The notes below the pieces were generated by a model. That model worked only from the letters and a program-made list of their open reading frames with translations, was not told where the DNA came from and searched no databases. A program made the translations under genes and the position numbers. Positions 24,112 through 35,854 of a DNA stretch of 64,000 bases are shown here, piece by piece. This DNA comes from Tetramitus jugosus (taxonomy: Eukaryota > Protista > Heterolobosea), in the NCBI GenBank assembly GCA_937625935.1, contig OW569362.1:458673-522672 (forward strand), given 5' to 3'. Numbering within the stretch: the stretch's first letter is position 1; the number at the start of each line of letters is the position of its first letter.

Positions 24112-27100
24112 TTATTCAATGAGATAACTGTACACCAAACGTGTTTTGGCTATGCCGTGCAAAGAATCGTCAATCTCTGCTGTGGCGTCATCTGATCGTT
24201 GTTCCGCATCAAGTGTCGCTTTTGCCACAAGTTCATCAAATGCGGTCATGCTGCTCATGCGGGAGTGGAGGATAGACAGGCAACTATCTTTGAGCAGTGT
24301 TAACATCTCTCGCTTCTCCTTCATTGACTCGACAAGTGATGCCAACATTCCTGGCACCCAAGACCTCCAATAACTGCTTCTCTCTAATTTACAAAATATA
24401 TATACAATAGCAGATATCACTTCCTTGTTGCTGGTCAAGTTATTGTGGTCTACGCTCTGAGTAATCGAACACAGTTGCTCCAATCGATAGAAACAATTCT
24501 CTGAAAAAGCAAGTTCTCTCTTCAAGTCCTGATATATCGTCTCTCGTACTAAATGAATCAGAATATTGAGGAATTGGTGAGTCGTTGAATGACTAGATTG
24601 ACCATATTCTTCATTCATGATATTACTGGACAGCGAGTCGCAATTCGTTAATCGCATTGTTGTTTCCTGTATCATTTGTAATCGGCGATAAATACTTAAT
24701 CCTGCAACAATTGTGTGCAACAATCGATAGCCAGATGAACTTGCTCCTGAAAACTTTCCCGTTGTCGAATCAATCAAATGATCTAAAATATTTGAGCCTT
24801 GGTCCTGTTCGAGACTGAATTGGTCGATTCTGACGCCAAGAAAATGATCGAGAAGACTTATGGGCGATCTGTACAACGAAGCACGCCCAAAGGAATATTT
24901 CCAATTCATCTTGTACCAACTCGCAAATTTTCGATCCACAATCTCTTCCACTTTGAGTTCTTCAATTTTAACTCGATATCGGTAAAGAGGTGTCAACAGT
25001 TCATTTTCTTGCTCGATTTCACGGCATCTTTGTTCTGCGTACTCCTCGGATGGATCAACATAGCGGAAGGAAGCACTGAATTCAGAGATTGGATCTAGAT
25101 CCCTCAGTCGATACTTGGTACTCTCCTTCGTCATTGTTAAATACTGAATCAGTCTTTGTTTGTCTTGATGTCTGAGTTCGTCTGCTGTGAGATTAGATCC
25201 ATCCGATTCATCGAGTACAACCAAAAAGCCCGATGAGTGCGATAAGCGCTCTATACCTTCATTGCTAAAGTGAGATATAATGTGTGGGGCGCTGAAATCA
25301 TTCACCATCTGCTCAATGCTTGGTGTAAAGAACAGTATGAGTTTTTCTCGAAAATTGTCAAGCCATTCATATGAATGAGACGTATTATCGTTATTAGTCG
25401 ATCGTCGATCCCACCACTGTACCTTCAGAGAAAGAAGTTGAAATATTGTATTGTACGTCTGATATCTCTCCTTTGAAAAATCGTTCGAGATGATCACTAA
25501 GGCATCTGCTTCTGAGGATTTTTCTAGGTTGATACCAGGTACAGCCTGAATGGAACAGCTTGTCTCACGAATCAAAAATGATCCATAGAACAATAAGATG
25601 TTCCAATGATAATCTTCATAGAAATTCACTTCATATCCCATATTGAAATCGGTTGTTACATCGACAGATTCTTGTGCTTCAATAGTATCTAACTCGTGTA
25701 CTACTCCTCCGTTCCAATTGGTTCCGTTTATAAACTCGATGGGCGCACTGCATTGAATTCGTAATTGCAGCTTAGATTTGGTCCTTCCTTTGGTCATACC
25801 ATTGAATAACGTTATTTTCAATTGAGAGCTATCACCACAACTAACTTGAGGTTGATGCGACACATCCATTTGGATAGGAAAACCGACACTAACTACAGCA
25901 CTCACACAACTTCGAGGGAAGAGACGACCGAAAATATCAACTTGAAGTTGAATGTTCGTGTCTAACTTTGTACTCCAATCGTGTTGAATTTGGTCCGAGA
26001 TGGTAATTTCGAGAGCGCTAGGTGAAGTATAGGTATGATATGGAGCAATATCTGGCAATATGATTACGTCATCACTCTGCACGAACGGATTGGATTTACA
26101 GGTGATTCTTGCCCCCATTGGCAACACTAGTCCTCCGTCATTACTGACTTTGATGTTGTCAATGATTAGATGTTGTCCTGGCTCGATAACTCCACCGTCC
26201 TCGTCCTTTGAGCGAATATCAAACGAGAGTATTTTGAGATCGTACATTGAAGATGCTGATTCGATAATATTTCCATCTCTATCAATGATGTTGTAGGTAA
26301 TTGAACCATCGAATCCCTGTAAACCATCTCTACATTCATTGCCATCACTTCCTCTTCTACCATTAGCTCCACTTTTACCATCTTGGCCCGTCACTCCAAC
26401 CGAATCTGAGAAACCCAATCCACCCTTTCCGCCTGTGAAGAAATGTTAAAGTTAGGTCATTAGAATACTTAATAATTTCAACTAAACACACATACCTTTG
26501 CCACCTTGACCAGCACTCAGGACAGTACCAGCTGAGCCAGCTCGACCCGACTTGCCTCCCGAGCCACCGGATACACTACAATCCACTAGAGCAAGCAAAC
26601 GAGAATCACTTGTCGTGAGTGTGAGATGGCCACCTGAACCACCATTACCAGCAGCTCCTGCATTACCACCGTTTCCAGAATCACCGCTCGCTCCACCATT
26701 TCCTCCATCTCCTCCGTTTCCAGGCATAATAAATTCATCGCCATTTGAACCATTACCACCTGTTCCGCCATTACCACCATTTCCAGAATCACCGCCCTTT
26801 CCACCATGACCGCCATTGCCTCCCCGTCCACCATTTGCTTTCACCAATAACTTACCCATCTTGTTCTTGACATTTAAATCAAACACTTGGATATTGGGAC
26901 TGGGCACATGAGATTCATCCAATTCTGGAATGACTGACACTCGGAGCAAATCAGGTGATCCAGAGAGTGAAATGGTGCTCGATGTCGCATCTTTACCATT
27001 CTCACCATCACCACCGTCCATTCCATCTTGGCCATCACCTCCACAGCAACCTCTTTTGCCCTTTTTTCCATTCTGTCCTAATTGTTGTTGTTGTTCAGCA

Positions 27101-27405
27101 TTTTGTCCATTAGTGTGACTATCATCAGTCATGGCTTGTTGTTGTTGTTGTTGTTGCAGAGGAGCTTTTGAAGCGTGCTTACCTGATGCACCATCAGATC
27201 CATCTCTTCCATTCAACCCTGATCGACCACTCATATCAATCATGAACACATAATTGGATGACAATTGTTCATTAAAGTAGCCTTGAGTGATCCAAGAGGA
27301 ATTATCATCTTCACTCATTGACGATGGTGGACACTTGTAATGTATGCTTGTAGTTGTTGTGTCGCTGTTGTTGACCACCATTTTTGTCCAAACAGGAGAG
27401 GACAT
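24112..27405 (-). CDS. Large protein with GGxGGxGG glycine-rich repeats and beta-sandwich-like domains (intron 26433-26495)
   Basis: A GTATGT..CAG intron joins the 307-aa and 768-aa ORFs in phase (GK G|GKGG). Gly-rich repeats are followed by [20 protein letters not shown]. Confidence 0.8.
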
Positions 27406-27660
27406 GACTAACTAACTCGATGTTGTTGATTGATATGTATTATTTTACTTTTGTTATTTACAGGAACGATATTATGTTACAAGGATTTTTCAGATAATAA
27501 TGATGAGTGAACTGTGATCGCAAGTTCTTTCATTCATGCAGTGAATGTTGTTGTTGGAAGCTGAGCGTGTGTTTTTTGTGTGTTTGCGGAAGCTAAAAAT
27601 GAACTTTTCAGTTCAGCAGAAAAGAGCCAAGTCGAAAACACACAGCACGCGTTGATTTGT

Positions 27661-28792
27661 TTATTCGTCTTCTTCGGAACCGTCATCATCACCATCCACT
27701 TCCTTGTTCTGTTCCTTCAATTGTTCCAACAAGACACTCAATGAGTGGTCATCCTTTTCGTTGACAACTCTTGGTGCAGCCTTCACAACCAAATTACCAT
27801 CATACTCCTTCATCGTTTGTTCAATGGTCTTAATTGCCTTTTCTAGTGTTTCGAGACCACGGGTCTTGTCATGTGATGTAGTCACCATGACATAGAGTGG
27901 TGGAGCGACAAGAGTAATCTTGATTGGCATGTCATCAGTGCTCAAATCTTCTCCCTTGTGCAAAGCTTCCTTGATCGCATCGATACCAGCCTTGGAGAAG
28001 CATGTGACTTCAATATCAGCACGCATCTTGACTGGTTGAGGCTTCAACTTGTGTTGAATAATTTCCAACAGTTCCTTCCTGATGTTCTCATTAGGGAATT
28101 CGATATTTTCCAAAACTTGATCAGGTTCAGTGATGGCAGCCTTGAATGCATCAAAAGCATGACCATACTTTCTATATAGTGGCCAACCAATCTTCTCATA
28201 CAAGAATTCAATATCATTGTTTGTTACTTCAGCCAAATGACGCATCACAGAGTGAACAGCCTTTGATTTGTTGTATTTTTCTTCCAACTTTGGAATGTCT
28301 TCTGGTGCAACCTTACTCTTGGACAAATCAATGTAGCCTATTGTTATTGTTATTGTTGTTGTTATGATGAGAGTCGATATTTTTTCATGTGATATGTGTT
28401 ATGTGAAAATGATCATCATGGCGATCAATCAAAAAAAATCATTGCGTCAAGTCAAAAAAAAAACAAGCGTGTCAGAGAGAGGTGAAGAACACGAATGATC
28501 AAAAATGTGTTGAGCGCTCACATTAGAAAACAGATAAAAACGTACCCTTTTCAGTATCGACTCTCAGGACAACGACAGCTTCTTGTCTACCGACACGAAT
28601 CAATTGGGAAACAGAACGAATTCTCTTTCTGCTCAATTCACCAGACAAGATCAAACCTTCAATACCATCGTACTCCAATAGGGAAACATAGGCACCAATT
28701 TCAGAAATACTCTTGACACGGACCATGACCAAATCGTCATTTTCTGGGTACTTTTGCTCGTAGAATCTGCAGTTCAAATTTTTTTTGCTCAT
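27661..28792 (-). CDS. EIF2S1: Translation initiation factor eIF2 alpha (intron 28338-28545)
   Basis: [37 protein letters not shown]|YIDLSK, plus RADIEVTCF and LVAPPLYV. Confidence 0.97.
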
Positions 28793-30120
28793 TATTGTGA
28801 TTTGCTATTTGTTGTTGTTGCTTGAGAAGTTTGTGTGATTTTTTTTCGTTTTTGCGATAATACCCCTCTTGCAGCTGGAGATTGAACCGGAGTGGAGAAT
28901 CAGAGAATTTTTTTTGAATCAAAAAACACCGACAACGATCATACAACGGCAAGTGATTCAGAGTGTACGAAGGATGACGATACAATCTTATTTCAAATTG
29001 ATCAGCTGCAATTTCCTTCAAAGTTGCTTCTCGAACAGCACCGAGGTGTAGATTGCGCAGATGTCAAATTCAATTTTGAGTATCGATTGTTTTCTGAAGG
29101 AGATGTCGAAGGAGATGTCGCCACCAACCTAGCGTAATCCATTACAAAAAGGAGTGGTCGAGAAAAACTTTACCAAACAAATGAAAAAGGTTATTACACT
29201 GCTGTCTGTGCGGTCTATGGTTTCATGATTGTTTCTCTTTGAGATCCCACTTTCTTAGACTTTCATTATCCAACTCTGAGCCCTCTCCCAACTTAGGATC
29301 ATACTTAAGTATTACTACTTTCAGGAAATGATTGCCTTCCTCGCCCATGGGGATGAATGGGAATACAACTGACGAGTCTTCCTCGAAATACTAAGAATTG
29401 TACATAATAAAATCGATCCTCTGCAACGGATTGAGGGACCCAAGAATGATTTTCCTTGAAGGAGCTAATTCTAAATCAGAAATTAGTTCAATTACTGCGG
29501 TAATGAAAAACTTTTGATATTTCCTGGTGATACATACCCTGCGTTGGGTCACGACCAGTCGTAGTTCGGAAAAACAGGAGTTTTTTTGGATCAACTAACG
29601 CCGACAGTGACAAAACTCCAACAATCATGAAGCTGAAGATTTGAGTGGGCTCACGTGATGATGACGAGTGATCATATTTAAGAAGTCACTTTTCTCTCAT
29701 CTTCACACAGTGGAATGATACTATTGGATGATCATAACCTCTCCAAAATTTCTTGATAATCCAGCTTTGTCAAATTAAAATTAGATTATCCAAAATAAGA
29801 TACTCCTTGAACGTTGACCCACGTCCATATCTATCCATCTGACAACGTTTGGATAGATCTCGAAAGACAATAAATGGCTCGCTCACAGTTCTCTTTTGAA
29901 AGCAGCAAGAACACTCATAATAACACCAATTATTTGTCTGCTTCTTCCTCTGTCTCAGACAAAATAATAGAATAAGAACAAACAACCATAATATTAGCTA
30001 TTATCAAAGAAGAAGTGCTCCTACCTCGGCGAATCATTTTCTACCACACATAACTAATAGAAGAACTAACAACAAGATCAACTGAACAATTACCACGTAC
30101 ACACTACCATATCTCATTGC

Positions 30121-31503
30121 ATGTCTCAACCAACATCTGCTCCTCCTCAATTATCCAACATGAATCACATGTTTGCTCCTTCTCCTCACCATCACCATCC
30201 TCACCATCATCACCACCAATCCCATGATAACAATAACAATAATAGTAATAATGCTAATAGTAGTAGTAGTAGTGGTAGAGCGATAAACAATAACACGACA
30301 AGCATCAATGTTGTTGGAACTTCATCTTCGAGAGCTCTTCCTGGCATTCTCGATGATAATAGTAATAATAATAATAGACCTACAATCTCCGCCTACAATC
30401 CAATGACCAAGAATCAATTTCTGCAGCACGTCATACACAACCATATCCAACAAGTCAAGGTTGCACTGGATCATCAACCTGATCTTATCCATGCCAAAAC
30501 AACAGATCATTTTCATTACACTGCACTGCACAGGGCATCTCAGTTGGGGTTCATTGAAATTGTGGACTTGTTGTTGAACAAGGGAGCTGATATCAATGAA
30601 TTGAGTGATAGAGTCTCATGGAGAGCTTGTTTGTTGGCTGCCAAGCACGGACATGTTCACGTGGTCAAGAGTCTGTTGGACGCAGGTGAAGATGTGAACG
30701 TTCAGTTGGCCTACACGAAAAATCGGTTCACTTGTCTCCATTTTGCTGCACAGTATGGTCACTCTGACCTTGCGCGCATGCTGCTACAGGATTACAAGGC
30801 AAGAATCGATATTGTGAGTGCGAATGGGTTGCGGCCGATTCACACTGCGGCCAACTTTGGCAATTTTGAGATTGTTGACTTGATATTGGCCGCTGGAGAG
30901 AACATTAATGAACGACATAATTCACCATGGAAATATACACCATTGCACTGGGCTGTGCAAGAGAATAAGACTAACACCGTAGAGCTTTTGTTAAAGAGAG
31001 GTGCCGATGTGAATTCAGTGACGGGCAACACAAACTTGACTCCGTTGATACAATCCGCGACAAAGAATTTTCCTGATATTGCGCGGTTGTTGCTGGCGTA
31101 CGGTGCGGATTATCGTATCGCCAATAAGCATGGTCTGAGGGCTGTCCATATTGCTGCCAGTAGCAACAGCGTGGAGGCATTGCGTGTCATACTTGATCAT
31201 GCTTCTCCATCAGAGCTCTATGCTCTCGCCAAGAGCAATGCCAGAGAGTGTGATCCTCTGCGGTTTGCGATCACAGCAAAAGCCAAAGATTGCGTACTAG
31301 AGTTGATCAATCGAGGAGTGAATACGAATGGAGTGTTGGAATGGATGGAAGAGTGGGATCTCATCTCCAAGAACCCCTGCCCGATACTAGAAACAATACG
31401 AAATCATGAGGCCTCCATCGTTTACCGTCGTGGAATCGTGATGCAGAATTGTGCTGCCACTAAGAAATTTGTAGATATTGAAATCATTACCCAAACAATG
31501 TAA
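30121..31503 (+). CDS. Ankyrin-repeat protein
   Basis: About 8 repeats of the TPLHxA..G..xxVxLLLxxGADVN pattern. Confidence 0.93.
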   Translation: MSQPTSAPPQLSNMNHMFAPSPHHHHPHHHHHQSHDNNNNNSNNANSSSSSGRAINNNTTSINVVGTSSSRALPGILDDNSNNNNRPTISAYNPMTKNQFLQHVIHNHIQQVKVALDHQPDLIHAKTTDHFHYTALHRASQLGFIEIVDLLLNKGADINELSDRVSWRACLLAAKHGHVHVVKSLLDAGEDVNVQLAYTKNRFTCLHFAAQYGHSDLARMLLQDYKARIDIVSANGLRPIHTAANFGNFEIVDLILAAGENINERHNSPWKYTPLHWAVQENKTNTVELLLKRGADVNSVTGNTNLTPLIQSATKNFPDIARLLLAYGADYRIANKHGLRAVHIAASSNSVEALRVILDHASPSELYALAKSNARECDPLRFAITAKAKDCVLELINRGVNTNGVLEWMEEWDLISKNPCPILETIRNHEASIVYRRGIVMQNCAATKKFVDIEIITQTM

Positions 31504-31568
31504 AATATAAAAACAAGCTAGAGCTACTTTTTGGTTTATAATTCCTCACTTGTTCGTTTTCTTTCGAG

Positions 31569-33977
31569 CTAGAAACTTGGAGATTCCGGCTCCTTGGCGT
31601 CAGTCTTTGATGGGTCTTGACTGAGCAGCATCACATCGTCTTCATCGACAATACTGGAGCTGCTCACGTTCTGTGACGGAGGTCCCATTTGGTGTGCGAG
31701 TGAAACAAGTTGTTTCCGTATGTACTTTCGCTTCCGGCTCACAGTTGAAGCAAGGAATAGTCTACTGTTGTTCACCGGTAGTTCAAACAGCTCGGTTGCA
31801 TCGTCATCATTCGTTCTTGCTTCCTTGGAGTCAAAGTACCGTCTGACAATTTCCTCCGTGTACTGCAATATATAGACTCCACAGTCACAAAAGTTATCTT
31901 GTTGAGGAAGTTGAGCAGAGTGCACCGGGATATTGTCATCTGTCAATTGAATTGCAGGACGATCAGGGTATTCGAATTTGTATCTCTGCTCCAGAAAGTT
32001 TCTTAGGTTGGATATGACGCGCCGATTTGGATGGTTACCTAATGAATCACAGTACATGATCATGCACTGATCATCATCGGTTGCAACTGTGTTATCTCTG
32101 TATTGTGGTGGAATAAGATTCGTGGGATTGCAGATGACAAAAAGTGTCCAATGAGCTGATTCACAAACAGGAACGAAAATCAACTCACTCTCAAACAGTT
32201 TTTCTCCACTTGCAGTTCGTTGTGAACATCTGACAACATCGTTACGTAGCACTGGATAGAATTGGGAGTTCAATAGAATGAATTTTCCCTTGTGTTTTTG
32301 TCCGAGCTCGCTGTGAGAGATGTGTTGGTACCAATAATCAATGATATTGTCATTCAGAAACTCTCCATCATTCAATCTGACTAAATCTCCATTCGTAATG
32401 TGAATATTGTATTTCTTTACGATAACTTCACTCGGATTCTGCCAAATCATGCAGTCATCTGACTGGTCGCTAGCCTGTTTTGTTCTATTTTCAAGCAATA
32501 CCATACTCTGTTCCTCTTCATCTGTATCCACATCATCATCCAAGATGCGCTTTTTCCGAGCGGTAGTTAAACGAGGACTCGGCGCTGATCGATGAGACAA
32601 CGAAGATAGTCGCTGAACTCGGTCAGGCTTGAATGAGTAATCAAACGAAGGATTATTGAAATCTTGAGAAATGGACTTGTTGTTGGTTGGGCTAGACAGA
32701 ATAGACGAACACTCGTGGTGTGGACGCTTGAGCAACTTCTCCAAATCGACATCCATCTTTTGAATCAACTGATCATGCGTGATCTCTGTGCAATTGCTTT
32801 CACCGAACCAATCATTCATTGAAACATCTCCCTTCGTGTTCACAACCACAATACGGTTCTTGCTCGAATCACAATCAAAATACGTAATATCAACACCACA
32901 AATATTCTCAGAGTATCGAAATGCAAAGCACTCGGGCATTGATTTGGTTTTTTTCATGTGATATCGCTCAATGGAGTACTTTGATGAAAATTGAATCAAT
33001 TGCCATGAAGGTGCATTATTGCACGTAATATAGGAATCAAAAATGGACAATTTCAGAGTACTAGCATCACAAGACAAAAATTTGCATTTCGTGGCAGAGC
33101 ACATCATATAGATTGAATTTGAATCATCATCACTAACATGTGATTTTCGTTTAGTTTTGCTATTGCTATCCAGTATCGTGCTTTTCGTCTTACTCGTTGG
33201 TTTCTCCTCTGCAAACAAATCTTCATCCACTTCCACACGTTTCATTGACACGAGTGATGAATGATAAGTCTTGTTACCATGTTGTGCATCGACCGCTGCA
33301 CTTTTCGAATGAATTTTCGGTAATCGCTCAAATTTTGTTTTTGAATGAACGTCCAACATCGATGTGCCACTACTACTACCTGTTCGATTGACAAGATTCT
33401 TAATGTTGTTGTTGCTACTCGATGTTTGTTGCTTGTTTCGATGCTTCCTCACTGATATAATATCATTCATCTCTTTAAAGTCATCATCGTCATCGTCATC
33501 ATCATTATCGCCATCATTCACATCATTGTCATACGTTTCATCAAATAAGCGAGTTCGTTCTCTGACTAGTAGTTTCTTTGGAGCAGAATGAAGTGATTTG
33601 ACTTGAATGGCTCTTCCTGCACTTGCTCCACTACTATTATTCGTTGTTAATGGAGAGAAAAGACTATTTGTTGTTGATGTTACTCTATTCTTGTTTGGTG
33701 ACGCAGCAATATGTGTTTCTCTGAATTTTTTCAAGACAGATGGAACATTGTTTCTTGTTTCTTCAGCAATGAGTGATGATCTTCGATTGATTGTACTACT
33801 ACCACTTGAACTACTGCTACTACTATTTGTCATTTTTAGTGGTACTTTCATGTGTTCGTTTGGACGTGATTTCAATGATGATGATGATGATGACGAAGAG
33901 GAGGAGGAGGAAGATAGGGAGGATGATGATGATGAAGAAGAAGAAGGTGGAGAAGATGAATCATGATGAGTCGACAT
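31569..33977 (-). CDS. Ulp/SENP (peptidase C48) SUMO protease, Ulp2/SENP6-7-like
   Basis: FLNDNIIDY, HWTL (His), YCDSLG (Asp) and QQDNFCDCGVY (Gln/Cys). The first ATG is at 33977; the ORF-track start at 34049 is TTG. Confidence 0.92.
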   Translation of the reverse strand: MSTHHDSSSPPSSSSSSSSSLSSSSSSSSSSSSSLKSRPNEHMKVPLKMTNSSSSSSSGSSTINRRSSLIAEETRNNVPSVLKKFRETHIAASPNKNRVTSTTNSLFSPLTTNNSSGASAGRAIQVKSLHSAPKKLLVRERTRLFDETYDNDVNDGDNDDDDDDDDFKEMNDIISVRKHRNKQQTSSSNNNIKNLVNRTGSSSGTSMLDVHSKTKFERLPKIHSKSAAVDAQHGNKTYHSSLVSMKRVEVDEDLFAEEKPTSKTKSTILDSNSKTKRKSHVSDDDSNSIYMMCSATKCKFLSCDASTLKLSIFDSYITCNNAPSWQLIQFSSKYSIERYHMKKTKSMPECFAFRYSENICGVDITYFDCDSSKNRIVVVNTKGDVSMNDWFGESNCTEITHDQLIQKMDVDLEKLLKRPHHECSSILSSPTNNKSISQDFNNPSFDYSFKPDRVQRLSSLSHRSAPSPRLTTARKKRILDDDVDTDEEEQSMVLLENRTKQASDQSDDCMIWQNPSEVIVKKYNIHITNGDLVRLNDGEFLNDNIIDYWYQHISHSELGQKHKGKFILLNSQFYPVLRNDVVRCSQRTASGEKLFESELIFVPVCESAHWTLFVICNPTNLIPPQYRDNTVATDDDQCMIMYCDSLGNHPNRRVISNLRNFLEQRYKFEYPDRPAIQLTDDNIPVHSAQLPQQDNFCDCGVYILQYTEEIVRRYFDSKEARTNDDDATELFELPVNNSRLFLASTVSRKRKYIRKQLVSLAHQMGPPSQNVSSSSIVDEDDVMLLSQDPSKTDAKEPESPSF

Positions 33978-34953
33978 TGAAATTCGTTGTCTCTTGTTTT
34001 GATGATGATTTGATGTTGTTGTTGTTGAGTCAGCAATGTTGCTTCTCAAGCGTTTTCTGTTATCATTGTGATGGTGATTGTTCGTTGTTGGGACAGAAGT
34101 CTGATGTCAAATAAATGTGTTAGCTATTGTGGTGATACAATACAAAAAAGGCACATGGAGCAGAGTTGAATGGAGGAAGAGCTTTGCTTACAGTTTTAGT
34201 CTTGTACTCTTCGATAGAGCTTGCGATAAAAGCATTCTTTGGCATTCTATGGCAAACGTTGTCAACGATTGACTTTTGTTGTTTCTTTTTTTGCGCAGTT
34301 TCTGATTTTTGTGGAAGCTGCTCAAGAAAGACCATGGTGTTCACACTGTTTAGCAAGAGCTCTTCGAAAGAGAACAGGTGCTTGGAAGCAAGTGAAAAGT
34401 TGGTGAGTGTTCTGAACTGGTGAGCTGAATGCTCTCGTCTCTGCATTGTCAAATGGATCCAACAAGAAGCTTCCAAAAAACAATTTTCGCTGGTTGGTAC
34501 ATTGCTGGAGCAGTGTTAGTGTTGATAGGATACCCAGGTCGACCTGTTGCATGTACGTTCGGAATGGGATCTCAATCCAGTCTGCTTGTTGTGCATTGGA
34601 TTTCCTAAACACAAGTCGTACTTAACTATCAACCGTACTTTCCGCAGGAGGCGGAGAAAAAAATTCGTTCAAGTTCTCATGCAACCACAGCAGCAACGAA
34701 TGCCAGAACCACCACAGGTACAGGCACAGGCACAAGCACAACTGACAGTTGTTCAACAAATTGGCGATAGTCAGCAGCTGAACAGAAAAAAAAGTGTTAA
34801 ATCTCCTCAAAGTGACTTGCTTTTTGACAAGAATCCATCTTCTATGCCCTTTAATTTAAATTTTGAATCAATTATCCACTCTCTTGCTCTTCCCTTCTTG
34901 TTCAGATTTCCCCAAAATTCTTCCGACAACAAACACACAAAAAACAACAGAAA

Positions 34954-35818
34954 ATGTCATCAGATGGTATGTGAGCTAATCAATCATAATCACTGCTGGT
35001 ACCATATGCAACGTCTCATTCACCGCCCCTTGTTCTTTTTCTTTGAATTTATGATAGATAGTGGAGAAATTCTATATGTCGTCTTGGCCAGACAAGATCA
35101 GATTCTAGTGGAGCATTGCAACCCTAGTGTACGTTCAGGCAATTATCAAAAAACAGTTCAATCCATGCTGTTAAAAATGCCAAAGTCCAACTCGAGAATG
35201 ATCTTTACACATGACAAGTTTAATTTCAATTGTGAAGTGTTTAACGGCTTCTGTATCATATGTATGTGTGACGCGAATTTTAGTGCCGGAGTCACATTTA
35301 ATTTCATTAATGATATCAAGACAAAGTGGTTCGAAATGTATACTAGTAAGAATAATGGTGGAGAAGAGTTGAATGATATGAATGATAGTAGTAGTGGTAG
35401 TAGCAGTGGTAGTGGTAATAATAATATTGGACTCTCTCAGTCCAATCTTAAATCGTTCAAGTCTGTTCTTCAAAAGAGAATGCACTTTTTTAATACGGAT
35501 CCGTCGGCAAATAAGATTAAGAGACTGAAGAATCAAATTGCAGATGTCAAGGAAGAAATGGTGAATAATATTGAGAAGACATTGTTGAGAGGAGAGAAGA
35601 TTGAATTGTTGGTTGATAGGACGAACACATTGAGAGATACGGCGACAAATTTCAAGGGCAAGAGCAAAACGTTGAAGAGATCCATGATTGGAAAGTGGAT
35701 TGCTGTGGCTGCTCTCATAATCTTCTTGTTTCTGGGCTTGGGTTCCGCACTTTTCTTTTATTTATGTGGTGGAATCAAATGCATCGAATCACTAAAGAAG
35801 AATAAGAACAGTGGATAA
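34954..35818 (+). CDS. VAMP7: Longin R-SNARE VAMP7-like (intron 34967-35057)
   Basis: ATG TCA TCA GAT G|gtatgt..atag|AT. Longin domain ILYVVLARQDQILVE, R-SNARE NIEKTLLRGEKIELLVDRT and a C-terminal TM helix. Confidence 0.9.
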
Positions 35819-35854
35819 TGACAACAATTTTTCGAAGCAATAAACAAGAAGTTT

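Noticed and set aside
28860-30100. Possible gene or RNA between eIF2-alpha and the ankyrin gene
   Set aside because: Only short stop-interrupted frames, with no tRNA cloverleaf or family motif identified.
34547-34953. Long N-terminal extension of VAMP7 in the ORF track
   Set aside because: Begins at TTG and reads through promoter-like and intronic sequence. The spliced model from ATG 34954 fits better.
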